Source: Ramazzottius varieornatus (lineage: Eukaryota; Animalia; Tardigrada). Taken from it: DNA of 64,000 nucleotides. This document shows, piece after piece, positions 49,363 to 62,261 of the stretch; position 1 is the first letter of the stretch, and each line of letters opens with the position of its first letter. The DNA is taken from the NCBI GenBank assembly GCA_001949185.1, contig BDGG01000004.1:3293267-3357266 (forward strand), written 5' to 3'. The notes beneath the pieces are model-generated. The model saw nothing but the letters and a program-made list of their open reading frames with translations. It had not been told where the DNA came from and ran no database searches. Both the position numbers and the translations under genes were made by a program.

Positions 49363-52300
49363 ATGGCGCTGAACCAGGTAAGTAACTCCTCTTGTTTACA
49401 TCAGCTACACTTGTCCAGTTATTCCAGTAATCGACGCGAGTGTGTGTTTCCGGCTGATCCCGATGATCGCTCTTGGCGTATTTATACTCAGAGTTGTTGC
49501 GTTCTGCTTACAGTGGAGAAAGTTTGCGTTCTTCGACAAGAGAACCGTGAAGAATGAGAACGGAGAAATCTTCGATGGCTTGCAGGTTAGTGGATAACTG
49601 TTGTCACATAGCTCAGTATAGAGACGGGCAGTGGTTCAGCTGCTACGGTTCGAACTGATCGCGTACTTTGAATCTTTGTAGCCCTATAAGATTTGGGCGA
49701 GTACATACGGACGAGGCCAGCTTATATTCGGGGATGCAGAAGGCTTTATCATTACGATGAATCAGAAGCTGGATTTGTTTCCCTTCCGCGCTTACATGCT
49801 ACGAGTGACCCACCTGTATATGATGAAGCAGCAAAACATTCTAGTGTCAGTCGGCGTAAGTCAAATTCCTGGGTGGACAGACCTCGTAAGATGCTTCTGA
49901 ATCTGCTTCAAACGTAAATTGCTCTGCAGGAAGACAAGACTGACATGGAGCCAGTCATCAAAGTGTGGAACCTCGACAAAGTATGTACAGGTGTACTTAC
50001 AGGGTGCATGTGGATTAGTGTAATAAATTACTTCCGGTCTTGCTAATTCTTACCTTATGTTCGTAGGTTGACTCCATCGGGACACCGGCTTGTGTAAGGA
50101 TCATTCAGCTTCCAGCCGAATCTGCTAGGGAACCGGTGACGTGCTTCGCTGTTCACGAGAACTTGAATTACATGGCTCTCGGATATAGTAGCGGACTGGT
50201 CATTCTGCTGCGAGGCGACATCCTGAAAGAACGGTATTAAGCATTTTTCTCTCTCCCTTCACATTATGGCGACCCGAAATTTGCTTCTAAGCTTCGTTTG
50301 CTTTGGAGTAGGAACAGCGGTAAGAACGTCAAGTTCCACGAGGGGAAGAGCCCTGTAACGGGTCTCAGCTTCCGGCCAACAACCACCGCGAAAGGTGGTA
50401 TCGCTTTGTACATAGCGTCGCTGGACGAAGTTTGGTCGTATACGATCGGGAGCCGCGAGAAGGAAACCGAGACGGTATTGGACCATCATGGCTGCTCACT
50501 GCACTGCTCTACGATGGCGGACGCCTCCGCAGATTTCCAGTTCGTCGTTGGTCGTTACGATGTGAGTGTCCACTCACATATCCGTTTTCCTTCTTTGAAT
50601 GGCGAAATCAGTCTATCCTTTTCAGGCATTTTACTTTTACCTCCCGGACAGTCGCGGACAGTGTTTAGCGTTTAGTGGAGAGAAGGTCCTATTAGAATGG
50701 TGTCACGGGTACTTAGTCGTGGTCAGTAAGAAAGAAGACAGCAACAGCGGAAGAGCCAGCAGTTCCGGCGAGAACTCCTTCAACGATATGCAGATCATCA
50801 CCATATACGATGTCCGAAACAAGCTAACGGCCTACTATGGACCTGTCCAAGAAGTCAAAGCGCTCCTGTTCGAATGGGGCTCCGTGTTTGTCCTCGGAGT
50901 CGACAACAAAGTAAATCGCATAACACATTTGGTTTATACATAGCTTGATCAACAGTGAAATTTTCTCCAGTTATTCCAAATCAAAGAAAAGGAACTTGTC
51001 CAGAAACTCGATATGCTCTTCAAGAAGAACCTGTACTCGTTGGCCATCAGCCTCGCCAAAGCCGAGCAGTACGACCAAGACGCTCTGATCGACATGTTCC
51101 GCCAGTACGGCGATCATCTCTACAGCAAAGGCGACTACGACGAAGCTATCACGCAGTACATCAAGACCATCGGTCGGCTAGAACCTTCCTACGTCATTCG
51201 GCAGTTCCTGGACGCTCAGCGCATCCACAACTTGACGTCCTACCTCGAAGCCCTTCATCACAAGAACCTGGCCTCGGAAGACCACACTACTCTCCTGATC
51301 AACTGCTATACGAAGCTGAAGGACGTCGAGCAGTTAGATAAGTTCATAATGGATAACAATACCAATAGGGTGATCAACTTTGATATCGATACAGCCATTC
51401 GGGTACTGAGACAGTCAGGCTACTTCAAGCATGCGCTGCACTTGGCCGAAGTGCATCAACGACATGACTGGTTCTTGAAGATCGTCCTGGAAGACGTGAA
51501 AGACTTCCGGAGGGCGTTGACGTATATTTCCTCCTTGAACTTTGAGGCATGTGAGGCGAACATGAAGTCGTATGGGAAACTTCTCATGTCGGCATGTCCC
51601 AGTGAGACCACAGACTTGCTGAAAAAGTTGTGCTCAGATTACGGAAGCGATGCTGATGGGGATGTATTGAGAGCGAACCCGGAAGACTTCTTTCATAACT
51701 TTATCACTCATTCTGACGAGATGCTGGTAAGCAATAACGTCTCTGTGGTGATTTCGTCTTTTTTCTACGTTTGTTCTTAAACCAGTTTTGAAACATTTTG
51801 CGGCGTACTGTATCAAGTGAAATCAATATTGCTTGCAGAACTTCCTGGAGTTCGTGATGGAGAACCGTGACGATTTGTCAACCGAACTTCACAACACGCT
51901 TCTGGAGCTGTATCTGGAAGCATGCAAGAAGTCCACCGATGAACAGACGCGTTCTAGTGTGCAAGAGAAGATTATGAATTTCCTGCGGAATGTCCAGTCC
52001 AAAGAAGTCGCCCAAGCCCTGCTTCTGTGCCAGATGCACAACTTCACACCCGGAACCTTGTTCCTGTACGAAGCGAAAGGCATGTATACAGAGATACTGC
52101 AGTATGCAGTTGATCGGAAGGACTACGGCAAGATCATGGACACTTGTCGAAGGTTCGGCGAGCAAGTACCGCAGTTATGGGTTCAGGCCTTCTGGTTCCT
52201 GACCCGGAACTTCGGCGACTACGACAAGGCGTTCATCTCGGAGGTGCTGAAAGTCATCGAGAAGCAAAACTTGCTTCCTCCTCTGATGGTGGTTGACATT

Positions 52301-53149
52301 CTGTCCAGAAACCCCAACGCGACACTGGACGTAATTCGAGTAAGAATTTCTGCCCAGTCAAAATTAAAATTAGTAGAAACAATTAATATCGATATAGGAA
52401 ATACTGCAGAAGATGAAAGCATCAGGTCACTGAAATTGCTATCCTGATGAATTATGCGTTGACTGCTGTAGGACTATATTATACGGCGGATGCAGACTGA
52501 CGAACGTAGAATACAGGAGGATGAGACGCAGATTGTCAAGTTTCTGGCAAAGACTGACAAAATACGGGACGAAGTGGAACAGATAAAAAACGGGTAAGGT
52601 TTGTTGTCTCGGTCTCTGAACTCTGCCAGATGGTTTCAGAATCTGGTGAGAAGTTGTTTCCGCTCGTTGCAGATCTCAGACGTTTCAGGATGCCAATTGT
52701 AGTGCTTGCGACAAATCGCTTGAGCTGCCATCTGTCCACTTTCTCTGTCGGCATTCCTATCACCAACAGTAAGCCAAACCAGCATCTTCACGTGTCTATT
52801 GGAAGGAAGATGTACGTTTCTCTTTCGCATATAGCTGTTACGAAAGTTATGCCGACACGGATGAATGTCCAGTTTGCCGCCCCGAAAACCGGTAAGACGC
52901 TTTAATGAATTGATCGTATTTAGCTTGTTTTTCCGTCGTTCGAATTTTATTTGGGACTTCGATTGTGACAGGAAAATTCTGGACGAAGCACGCGCTCAAG
53001 AGCAAAACAAAGACCTGGTACCGCAGTTCTTCACCCGTCTGGCAAAAGAGCCAGATGGGTTTTCAGTGGTTGCTGATTACTTCGGCAAAGGTCTTTTCGG
53101 CCGGCCAGTTTCCATTGCTGATCTGATCAAGCCTTCTGGGGAGCTTTGA
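49363..53149 (+). CDS. VPS11: Vacuolar protein sorting 11 (HOPS/CORVET core)
   Basis: MALNQ|WRKFAFFD, GRGQLIFGDAEG, RQYGDHLYSKGDYDEAITQYIKTIGRLEPSYVIRQFLDAQRIHNLTSYLEALH, DHTTLLINCYTKLKD, RING-H2 CSAC..LELPSVHFLCRHSYHQHC..CPVC, DGFSVVADYFGKGLF. Confidence 0.97.
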
Positions 53150-53785
53150 TGCTTGACCTGTTCATTGAACGCTAGAACGGTATCTGCCTTGTGACCTTTT
53201 ATACCATGATTTTACATTCCCTGTGATTATAGTTTTCAATTTTGATTTTGGTGAACAGTCCATTCGTTTATTTCTGTTACTACCAATACAGGCAATATTG
53301 CAGAGCAGTTATGGATTATTTGTCTTCGTACTGTGGAAAGATGGAAGATCGATACCAAGAGGGCGTTTCCGTTCCTGATTAGCCACAGATGGGATGTGTT
53401 CGGGATGTAGCTTGCGTGCTCTGAAACACCGGAAGATAACACCATTGCGAAAGAAATTTTGAGACAAGCCTGAAATGGTGCCACTGGTTGAAGTGATTAA
53501 CGGTACAGTATGACAAAGTGACAAATGCACGCGCAGGTTGGCGCACATCTCGTGAAGGCAACCGCATACTGCTGGATGTACCGTAATCGGATACTCGGCA
53601 ATATTCGAACTATCGTTTATCATCCGGGTCTTGCTCTTGGTAAATCGTAATCTATCAAGCCTTGCTCCCCGTGACGCCATACCGGCCATTTCCTCACCGT
53701 GACGTGAAATTTCAGTCTTCATCGTTTGGTGTTTATTGTCCAAGAAACCATTTTTCTTTTGTTTTTCGGCGCACTTACTTGATCT

Positions 53786-56700
53786 ATGATGGAAATGCTG
53801 GCATCCTTGCCGAGATGTTATACTACGTCAAAGTCTTCCTTCCCGGTCAGTGATGGATCACTATCGAGTCTTCCTGGAGAAAATATCTACCCGAAAGCCA
53901 AGAAGAAATCTACTGGAAATGGCCGGCGGAAAAAGACTACCGTCGTATGTGTAAGTTGACTTGTCAAGTCACTGTTCGTTTTTACGGGCAGACAAGTCGG
54001 CCGTCTGTGACACGGTCTATTCGATACATGTGCCGTTTCGGAGCCGACTTCCTGCTAGCCCAAAGAAATGGCGAACGCTCTTTCGATACAGAAAAATATC
54101 CAAAATGTCATTGATATCTTCATGGTTTGTCTGGGGAAGTAGAATGGCCAGACACAGCGGGAATGCTCATTTGAGCGACCTTCATTAATCCTTCACTCTG
54201 ACAACAAAACAAGCCAGCTGCAACGTTAGATCATTGCAGTGAACGCATCCGTCTTGTCGTCCGGTCGAAGGTTCCCGCTGTGACCAAGTGACACCTTGCG
54301 GGCACTTGCGTTTTCGGCACTTATCCCTTAAACCCATAATACCTGCATATCATATCTGAACAAATATCGCCAGGCTATCTCGAGATGATCGCTTCTTTTT
54401 ATCGGAAGACAAAATTGAACTCGCTCAAATTGGGTCTTCGTCCGCCCAAGTAAAAGCAACAAGGAAGTTGGTTCATCAAAGCATCAGTTGTTTCGGCAGC
54501 CCTATTTTCTAATGAATTGTTTCTGGCTTGGTCATTATAACTTGGAAAAAGTTGCTGCATGCGTTGTTCGTCGCGGCAAATTCATGTGCCACCCTCAAGG
54601 TCCTTGTTTTCGGGCCGGGAAAACATTTCAACGGTATTTCATACCGCTGGTGATAAGTCTTCTCAGACAGAGCGAACATTCATTTTTTTTGTTGTAGGTG
54701 AGCGATCTTGCTCCGCTATTGTGCGCTGGATGCGGTTTTACCATCGTCGATCGCTACATGCTACAGGTCGATGGGAAATATTATCACTCCAACTGTCTGC
54801 AGTGCTCAACATGCCAAAAATCCCTCGAACTGGACCAATCGTGTTTCGTGAAAAACGGTGAACTATACTGCAAGCAGGACTACACTGGGTGAGTATTTTA
54901 CTTTCATAGGCAAAATATTGTGTAATTTTAGCATACCTGCATACGAGAAATCTTTAAAGGCACGGCTAGCCTGCGGCCGTGAGGTCACAGCCAAAGGAAC
55001 GCAAATTTTTCTTTTCTACTACGACTAAACCAAAAAAATATTATCCCAGTTTGGTTGGAACGCCGATAGAAATACGGATATGAAACATAAAGATAACCTT
55101 CGGCATTTACCTTCGGCCGGCGAGTTGAGTTGGCTCTGAGCTATCGCCTCCAAGAGCGCGGCGACCTCCTGTGGCGACTATGCGCGTATCATGTTGCCAT
55201 CTGTGTCCAAAGCCGTCGCATCTTTATTCTGTCTAATTACCAAAAATCGCATAATGTTTACACAGACACTGATGGAAATTACGCAGATTGTCCACGGTGC
55301 CCTCGTGGAATACCTGCTGAGTGTTCGATGATCGAAATTTGCGTACCATCTGGGCTTACAGGCCGCTCAGATGCAATCACCTTCAGGATCCGCCCACAAA
55401 TATTACCGTGTCAAAACTCAAGGCGAATAGTTTCGGCAGAGAAATAGTGATTATTCAATATGATATTCTGATTTTCTATTATTTTTCAGGTTGTTCGGGG
55501 CAAAGTGTTCCAAATGTCTGCGTGCCATAGCGGCCACAGACTGGGTCAGACGAGCCAAGGAATGCGTCTATCATTTGGCATGTTTCGCCTGCGACATCTG
55601 TAAGCGGCAACTGTCAACCGGTGAAGAATTCACCCTAGTAAATCTCGAAGACGGAAAGCATCTTTTATGCAAAACTCATTATATCGACTCACTGGACGGA
55701 GGCTCCTCAAAGAACAGAGATGGTAAGCCGGAGAAACTGCTCTTTGGGTTCTGGGCAAACAAAACGTGGAAGATAGTTATTCTGAGGGGCGCACCCGTCC
55801 AGCCAGCATCAATGGAAACTTGCGCCACTTGAGTAACGATCTTTTACGTATCGTTTGCCCAGTTCTCATTTTTCTGCCAATATTTTAAGAAATTTTAGAA
55901 AATTCTTACAGGAGTTAAGCTGGAAGATTAAGACAGCAATTAGTTGGAAGATTTCCCGCGAAGTTTCGGGCAAAGTATACGTGTCCGTGCAAGCGCATTG
56001 CGTAGCGGATGCGATTACGAAGTTTTGCCATCAAGACTCGAGAGGAAAAGAGGTTGGCAGTGGTGACAGTCTGTTATGTTACTCTAATTGGACTCATTGC
56101 GAGCGGCTAATTGAATTGCACGTATGTGCTGTAAATCCTTTTGTATTGATGAAGTGCAACCGAGCGGCAAATTAGACTAGTGTGATGAACTACAGCAGAC
56201 TACAGAATGAATGAACTGCGGAACCGCTCCTCTTAATTCCTTGATTTAACAGTGTTGTTGAATACTTGCGCCTTTCGGTACGAGGGAAAGGTTGTAAAGT
56301 TAGCCGTCTAAGTTCGCCTGTTCTTTACTACTCAATCCCAAACTTTTAAGGATAGATCAATAGATGAAATAATGAGCTGTCGAATGGTGTTAGGCACAGT
56401 CAACACGACGAGTCAAGAGAATCCGAGAGATCCGCAATTAAAAGAACGTTGAAATCTCATGTTAAAAAGCCAAGACTGACAATCAAATAGTCAATCAAGC
56501 GATAGACGCTAAAGCCGTGGCTAACTTTACAAACTTGGTATAGGGTGGCTAAGTTTACAACCTTTACCTCGTACTGAATTACACTGAATTGTATGTTCTC
56601 GGGCTCTCGTTTCAGATAATTCGGACAACTCCTCCATGTCAGAGAACGGGAAACCAAAGACCAAGCGCATGCGTACGACATTCACCGATGAACAACTTCA

Positions 56701-57202
56701 GGTTCTCCAAGTCAACTTCAACCTTGATAGTAATCCTGACGGTCAGGACCTTGAAAGAATCGCCAACATGACAGGGTAAATTGCTGCTCATGAGTTGAGC
56801 GTTGGCAAACGAAATGAACAGGGAAATTATCTCAAGTGGCGTACGTTTCCATTGTCATTAGACGGAAGTATGCGCCACCTGAGAATAACGATCACGTTTC
56901 AAGTCATTTGCCGACAACCAGCAACTATCTCGGTTTAATACAACCGTAGCTTTTACAGGCTTTCGAAAAGAGTTACTCAAGTATGGTTTCAAAATTCGCG
57001 CGCAAGACAAAAGAAACATCAGCAACAGACCCAGCGCAAACTCCACGGTGGACGACAAGGTTCGTCGGCAGCAGGAAGTCAGGACACTTCGGCAACCTCG
57101 GCCGCCCTGCAGATGGAAGACACACCACTTACCAGTCCACATTCCAGCATAGACAATCTGGATTCCAACTCGCACGATTACTCCGGTACTTCCTACATGT
57201 GA
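53786..57202 (+). CDS. Awh: LIM-homeodomain transcription factor Arrowhead (Lhx6/8 class)
   Basis: Two LIM domains ([12 protein letters not shown]..; [40 protein letters not shown]) and homeodomain [40 protein letters not shown]|[19 protein letters not shown]. First exon 53786-53950 and the stop position are less certain. Confidence 0.95.
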
Positions 57203-58219
57203 CCTTCACGAAAACTAGATGTACTCACCGAAACAGCTTACCCATTCAAAAAACTCTAGCTTTGCACACTCAGTTTCAGTACCCGATTGCTTACACAGAA
57301 AATTTTGCAAACGTAGCTCCGATTTCTGTTCTTCGTTTCCGCGGGCTGTATTACGTTGCTGCAGTTGACCTTTAGATCAACGAAACGCTGGAACATTTCG
57401 TGGTATACAAGAAGTAAGTAGAAAGAGTAAAGAACTTTTAACACCTGCAAAGCAGATGCTACGTAATTTTGAACTCAATGACGGTATGGAGAATTTTATC
57501 GATCTAGACTAAATTCGACAATTGCCATTAGAAGGGTGTTGAAGGAAGAAATTACAGGTTGTGCAGTGGGTAAGCGTGTAATCGCTTTGTCAATAGCGCT
57601 TGTTCTGCTGTGGTGAGTTCACGACAAGTGCGCCACGAAGAATCAACATGCAACAATCACGACCAAATATGATCGTCAAGAATGCTAATCGATGCTCCGC
57701 TTAATCCCCCACACGATCGCACATCACCATCACAATCGATCCTTCTCTTCGGGAGCAAATCAAGAAGATAATTTGATTATTATGCTCTTGTATGAGCTTG
57801 ATGAAGCTACCGGAAGGGCAAACACGGCACTTCTAAACGCCAGAGTATCCACCCTCTTCCTCTCCGTGATCTCTTCTGGCCATTTCTAATACAGCCTTTC
57901 ACCAAGTTGAGCCGACAAGATCCTGACCGGGCAAACCACAACAGATTTGCCGAGTGGAGCATGACCAGCGAGAATGAAAAATTCCATGGAGGACTCAGAA
58001 GTCCTAAAGTTTAAGTATTGTATCTTTGATTACGGTTCACAAGCGACCACATCACAAGCGGATCAGCCTCTGAAAACGTTCCCACAGTAAAAGTCAGTAA
58101 GAAAAGCCAGGGAGAAAACCAATTTATTTGAGTTGTTGGACTACTAGTACAAGAAATTCAAGCCTCAAAATAGTAGCGGAATCACGAAAGACACTTTTCC
58201 GGTAGCAGACGAAAATAAC

Positions 58220-59138
58220 TTATTTTGATGGCTGAGGTGGAGTGAAAAATCCAGTACTCTGAGCACTTGCACGACTTGGTGCGAACCCAAGAGCTTTTTG
58301 CAGGTTCTGCAAAAAAACAAAATGCGATGAGAAAAGACGGCATCATCTTCGTCGAAGCGCAGCAGACGAATCTTCTAACCGGAAGTGTCGTTTGCTTGGC
58401 TCATTAAGGCTCAGAGGAGCGTTAGAAGAGCAATACAGAAACCTGTTCTTACCTGGCGGATTGTCATAGTAAGCAGGATGTACAGGAAAAGGTAACTGCA
58501 ATCCGTGTAGTCGGTGCCCATCAGGTTTCGATGAGACATGCCTTGGATGAATCCAAAAGGCTGAAAAGGCAGTTTGGCTACTACTTTTCCCTCGAACCTG
58601 AAAAATAAATTAAACTGCATCATTGCAACGAGTTTCTGCGTGTTTCGTCACTTATCAGCATGGTAGCACTATTATGTGAAGTGGTTTAGTTACACACAAG
58701 GTGCTAAAGATACTCAGCATAGCCGTGAAAGCAATTCCGATGGCGAACATGGATTTCATCTTGACCATGGACAGTTCGCGGTTTGAATTCTTCAGCTTGC
58801 CTTCCTCTCGATCCAGAAGTTTCTTTCTGTTCTTCGTCACTACTACTTCGTCTTTCTTCTTCTTCTCGACTAAAATAGCAACATAGGCTATGTTACATGC
58901 ATTCTTTGAGCCTATATACATCCATCGGTTCTCACCTTTCTTGACTTGACGGTCGATCTCGGCCTTCAGCTTCTTGTACTTTTCCGTTCGATAGACTAGC
59001 AGCCATGTTAATCCTGAAGCTCAGAACTAACTGTTAGATAGTTCCGAGGTGGATATGAAGATAAAAGAACAGTGTACCTTCTCCTATCACGGAGGCGATG
59101 AAGGAGACCACCATGATGAGGACGGAATCTGCGTACAT
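58220..59138 (-). CDS. TMCO1: TMCO1 (ER Oxa1-superfamily insertase / calcium load-activated channel)
   Basis: MYADSVLI..GEGLTWLLVYRTEKYKKLK, NRELSMVKMKSMFAIG, FEGKVVAKLPFQP, SHRNLMGTDYTDCSYLFLYIL, RQNLQKALGFAPSR. Confidence 0.96.
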
Positions 59139-59790
59139 GAATGATGCTGCGCTCAGTGGATTATCTCGTCTAAAACCTGGACGGCACTCGGGACAGTGAT
59201 CCGACTTCCAGTCACCGGTAATGCGACGAAGACCGATTAACGAGTTCAAGTTAGAGGGATCCGAAGGATCAAATTAAAATGAGAACAATTCTGCAAACTC
59301 GTGAGCTTCAAAAGGAAAAACGAAATTTTGATGAAAATACGGATGACATTACAGCTGACATCACATAACCTGAATCCTGACAGCTGGAGTATTCAGTCTT
59401 CTTCACATTACATACTTACGGAACCTTACGGGAGTCACGAGAACTCTGTCCTGACTCCTGCGGAACATTGGCTCAAGCTCGCAGCAGTGGAGGGTTCCAA
59501 CATCAAGCCCATAAACCTAACTCCCGACTATAACGCTCGCAACATCAACCATAGACTCGGAAACTCGGCGTAGAAGCAAATCCCTTACGTTTCGGAACTA
59601 AAGTTAGCTTTGCATCTTCTGTCATTAAAATTAAAAGTACTCGTACAACATAAATCACTAGCGACCACAAACAAAAAGCTTCACCGACACCCTTTGGAAA
59701 GACCTAATACCGCTGTCAACCGCAGGAAAAGAATCAGCATGGAACTTAAAATCACACGGGTTAGCTGCGCGCATCACACAGAAATCAAAG

Positions 59791-61835
59791 TCACTGCAGT
59801 AGTATCACTGAGGCGGGGAGTTCTTCGGCAGCTCCTGCAGGTTCCTCGCTTTTCTGATCACGAAGCTGCTTGTAGTTATCAAACATGGTCGTAGCAAACT
59901 GCGCAAAGAGCCTCTCAACATAGTTCTTTCCGAAAGCATTCCAGCCTTCGAGGAACCCAATGTGACCGCCGTGAGACGTGACCACTATGCACAAGTTAGG
60001 GTTCTCGGAAGCTTCCTTCTTCGGAATTCCTACAAGAAAATTGCACTGCTCAATTTCACATCGAGCTCAACGGTAAGAAATCCAAGGAACGTGCCTTCGT
60101 AAGGAGAGAACACATCATCAGCAGCATTCAAAGCCAGCACCGGTGTCTTGATGTGACCGACTTTGGTATGTAATGTGGCGCTTGCATAATAGGCATTAAC
60201 GTCAGTATATCCAAACATTTTTGCCGTATACTTATCATCGAAATCCCGGATGGTTTTCACGTTGTCTAACTGCGTTATGTCGAACACCGGTCGGAGGATT
60301 TCCGCATTGCTATAATCAAAAGCTCTCGATACAGGTACGCAAGAGCCATGGATGATTTGTCCAAGTTTCTGATCCGAATATACCGGTTAACATTCTTGCA
60401 CAGATCCCTGGCTAGAATTCGGTTGAACAAATACCAGTTGACTGGCTGTTCCAAGACTTCGGACGCCAATACGATGTTCCAGGGAGCTGAAATCCATGGA
60501 GATGTGGTAAATGATGTGGTCGTCATATACCTTGTTATGCTAGTACGTCAAAACAAACCTGAAACCACCATAGCGCCGATCAAGCCAGTTTCGGTGCTCT
60601 TCTTTCCACAGTCGGCTATGTAGTTCGTTATAAGAACTCTGAAAAACACTCAGAGGTTCGTAGGAAACAGTACAAAGTTTACTACGATATGCGTAATTAC
60701 CCGCCCAACGAGATTCCGATAGCCAAGACAGGAACTTCCGGGTATTTCGCGCGGATGTGTTGAACAACGTTGGCGATGTCCGTCGTGTCCGCGGCGCAGT
60801 ATGTCTTAGGTGTCTGTAAAAAATCCGAGCTGTAAAAACTAAATGCGTCGTAAGTGACAGCTGAAATTCAACAAGAACAAAAAACCACCTTTAGAGATCC
60901 AGCACAGCCTCGATAGTTCAGTACCACCGCCCTGCAACAACATTGTCAGCGCGTACAGTTTCTTATTTCCTCTGCTAAGTGAGCCTTCTGCAGACCTAGA
61001 TACCAGAAAAAGAGGTAAAACAACTCACGTGTAACCATATTCCTGCGCAGTTTGTGCAAGCCCTTGAATGTAGTTCCGCGAACTGTCTCCGGTCAAACCA
61101 GGAAGAATTAAAACGACTCCGCTTGGTCGCTGCGCTGAACCTGAACTGCCAGTCTCAGCAGGAGCAACTACGGCGTCCGTAAATGGCTCGGAAGCATCGA
61201 CATCCACCTGAACCGGAATGTGGGCTGTTTCTGCCACTTCAGAAGCTGATTCTACGGGCGTGTCAGATGCTGGTTCTACGAGCGCGTCAGAAACAGTCGC
61301 AATGTCCGCCGTAGGCGAGGGCGCGGTACTAATCACACGGCTAGTAAGTTTCGGGGCGCTTTCCGGATTTAGCCAGTCCAGTATCACTTCGCCACCGTCC
61401 GCGCATGCATATGCTTCTCTGCAAAAGTGATCTTCTGAATCAACACTGCCTGCAGGACCTTAGGGACAAAGGAACAGCCGATTCTCACCTTAAATAAAGG
61501 TGCTTCAGGTGTCGATGGCGAGCGACAGCGGAAACGACAGTCATTATCCTGGTCTCGTGAAGGAATGGGATAGGAGCAAATCCTTCTTTCAGTGCCGGAC
61601 ATTTCAGCTGCAGTAAATCGTGAAACGGACCTGCACCGCCGAAGACTTCGGGTTTCTGGAAAAGAGTATACGTTGTTAGATAACACATGACCTGGACAGG
61701 CATTACTAGAGTAGTTTGCTGCAGATACGGAAGACTGTAAACAGCTTAACAATCACTTACGTTCCTGCAGTAAGTTTTGTAGTACCAATAATATACAGCG
61801 GCGGAGACTCCTGGGACAAGATAGTACAACGACAT
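59791..61835 (-). CDS. ABHD3: Phospholipase ABHD3-like (ABHD1/2/3 family)
   Basis: DGGEVILDW, LILPGLTGDS, VLNYRGC, TPKTYCAADTTD, nucleophile GISLGG, TIRDFDDKYT, LNAADDVFSP, GGHIGFLEG. Confidence 0.92.
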
Positions 61836-62261
61836 CTTGAAAAGGGAGGAGTACCGTTCTCCTGCTTCCGAACACGTAGGGTTTGTAACCACAGGAATGA
61901 AAGAGACCTGCAAAACTGGAACAGGAATGCAAACTTACGTAACTGGCCCGTGACGTCAGTTGAAATGCTATGTTATGTCATGTCAGAGTGCTGTCTCGAT
62001 TGATTGGGCTTGATTGACAGAGCTGTACAGTACGCACTTTGCGTTTTGTAACTGTTGTTTCAGTCAATCAGTCTTGGCCGACATCTTCCTTGGAGTTATG
62101 GGTGGTACGTCGACCTGGAAGAACGATTCAGAACTCCTCAACCCCGCTGGATGACACAGTGCTACTTCTGCAAACGGTTTCAGATAACTATCGTCTTCAG
62201 CTGCGTTCGAGGGAGCTTTGCTTCCCTCGCGGAGTAGGGCACCGTTGCTGCCATCTTCACC
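61836..62261. promoter_or_regulatory. Putative bidirectional promoter ABHD3/SRRM1
   Basis: 426 bp between divergent ATGs, containing the full CRE TGACGTCA (61951-61958) and ATGTCATGTCA (61975-61985). Confidence 0.55.

Noticed and set aside
53309-53743. 144-aa minus-strand ORF
   Set aside because: Overlaps the expected Awh promoter/5' UTR, and has no motif or splice support.
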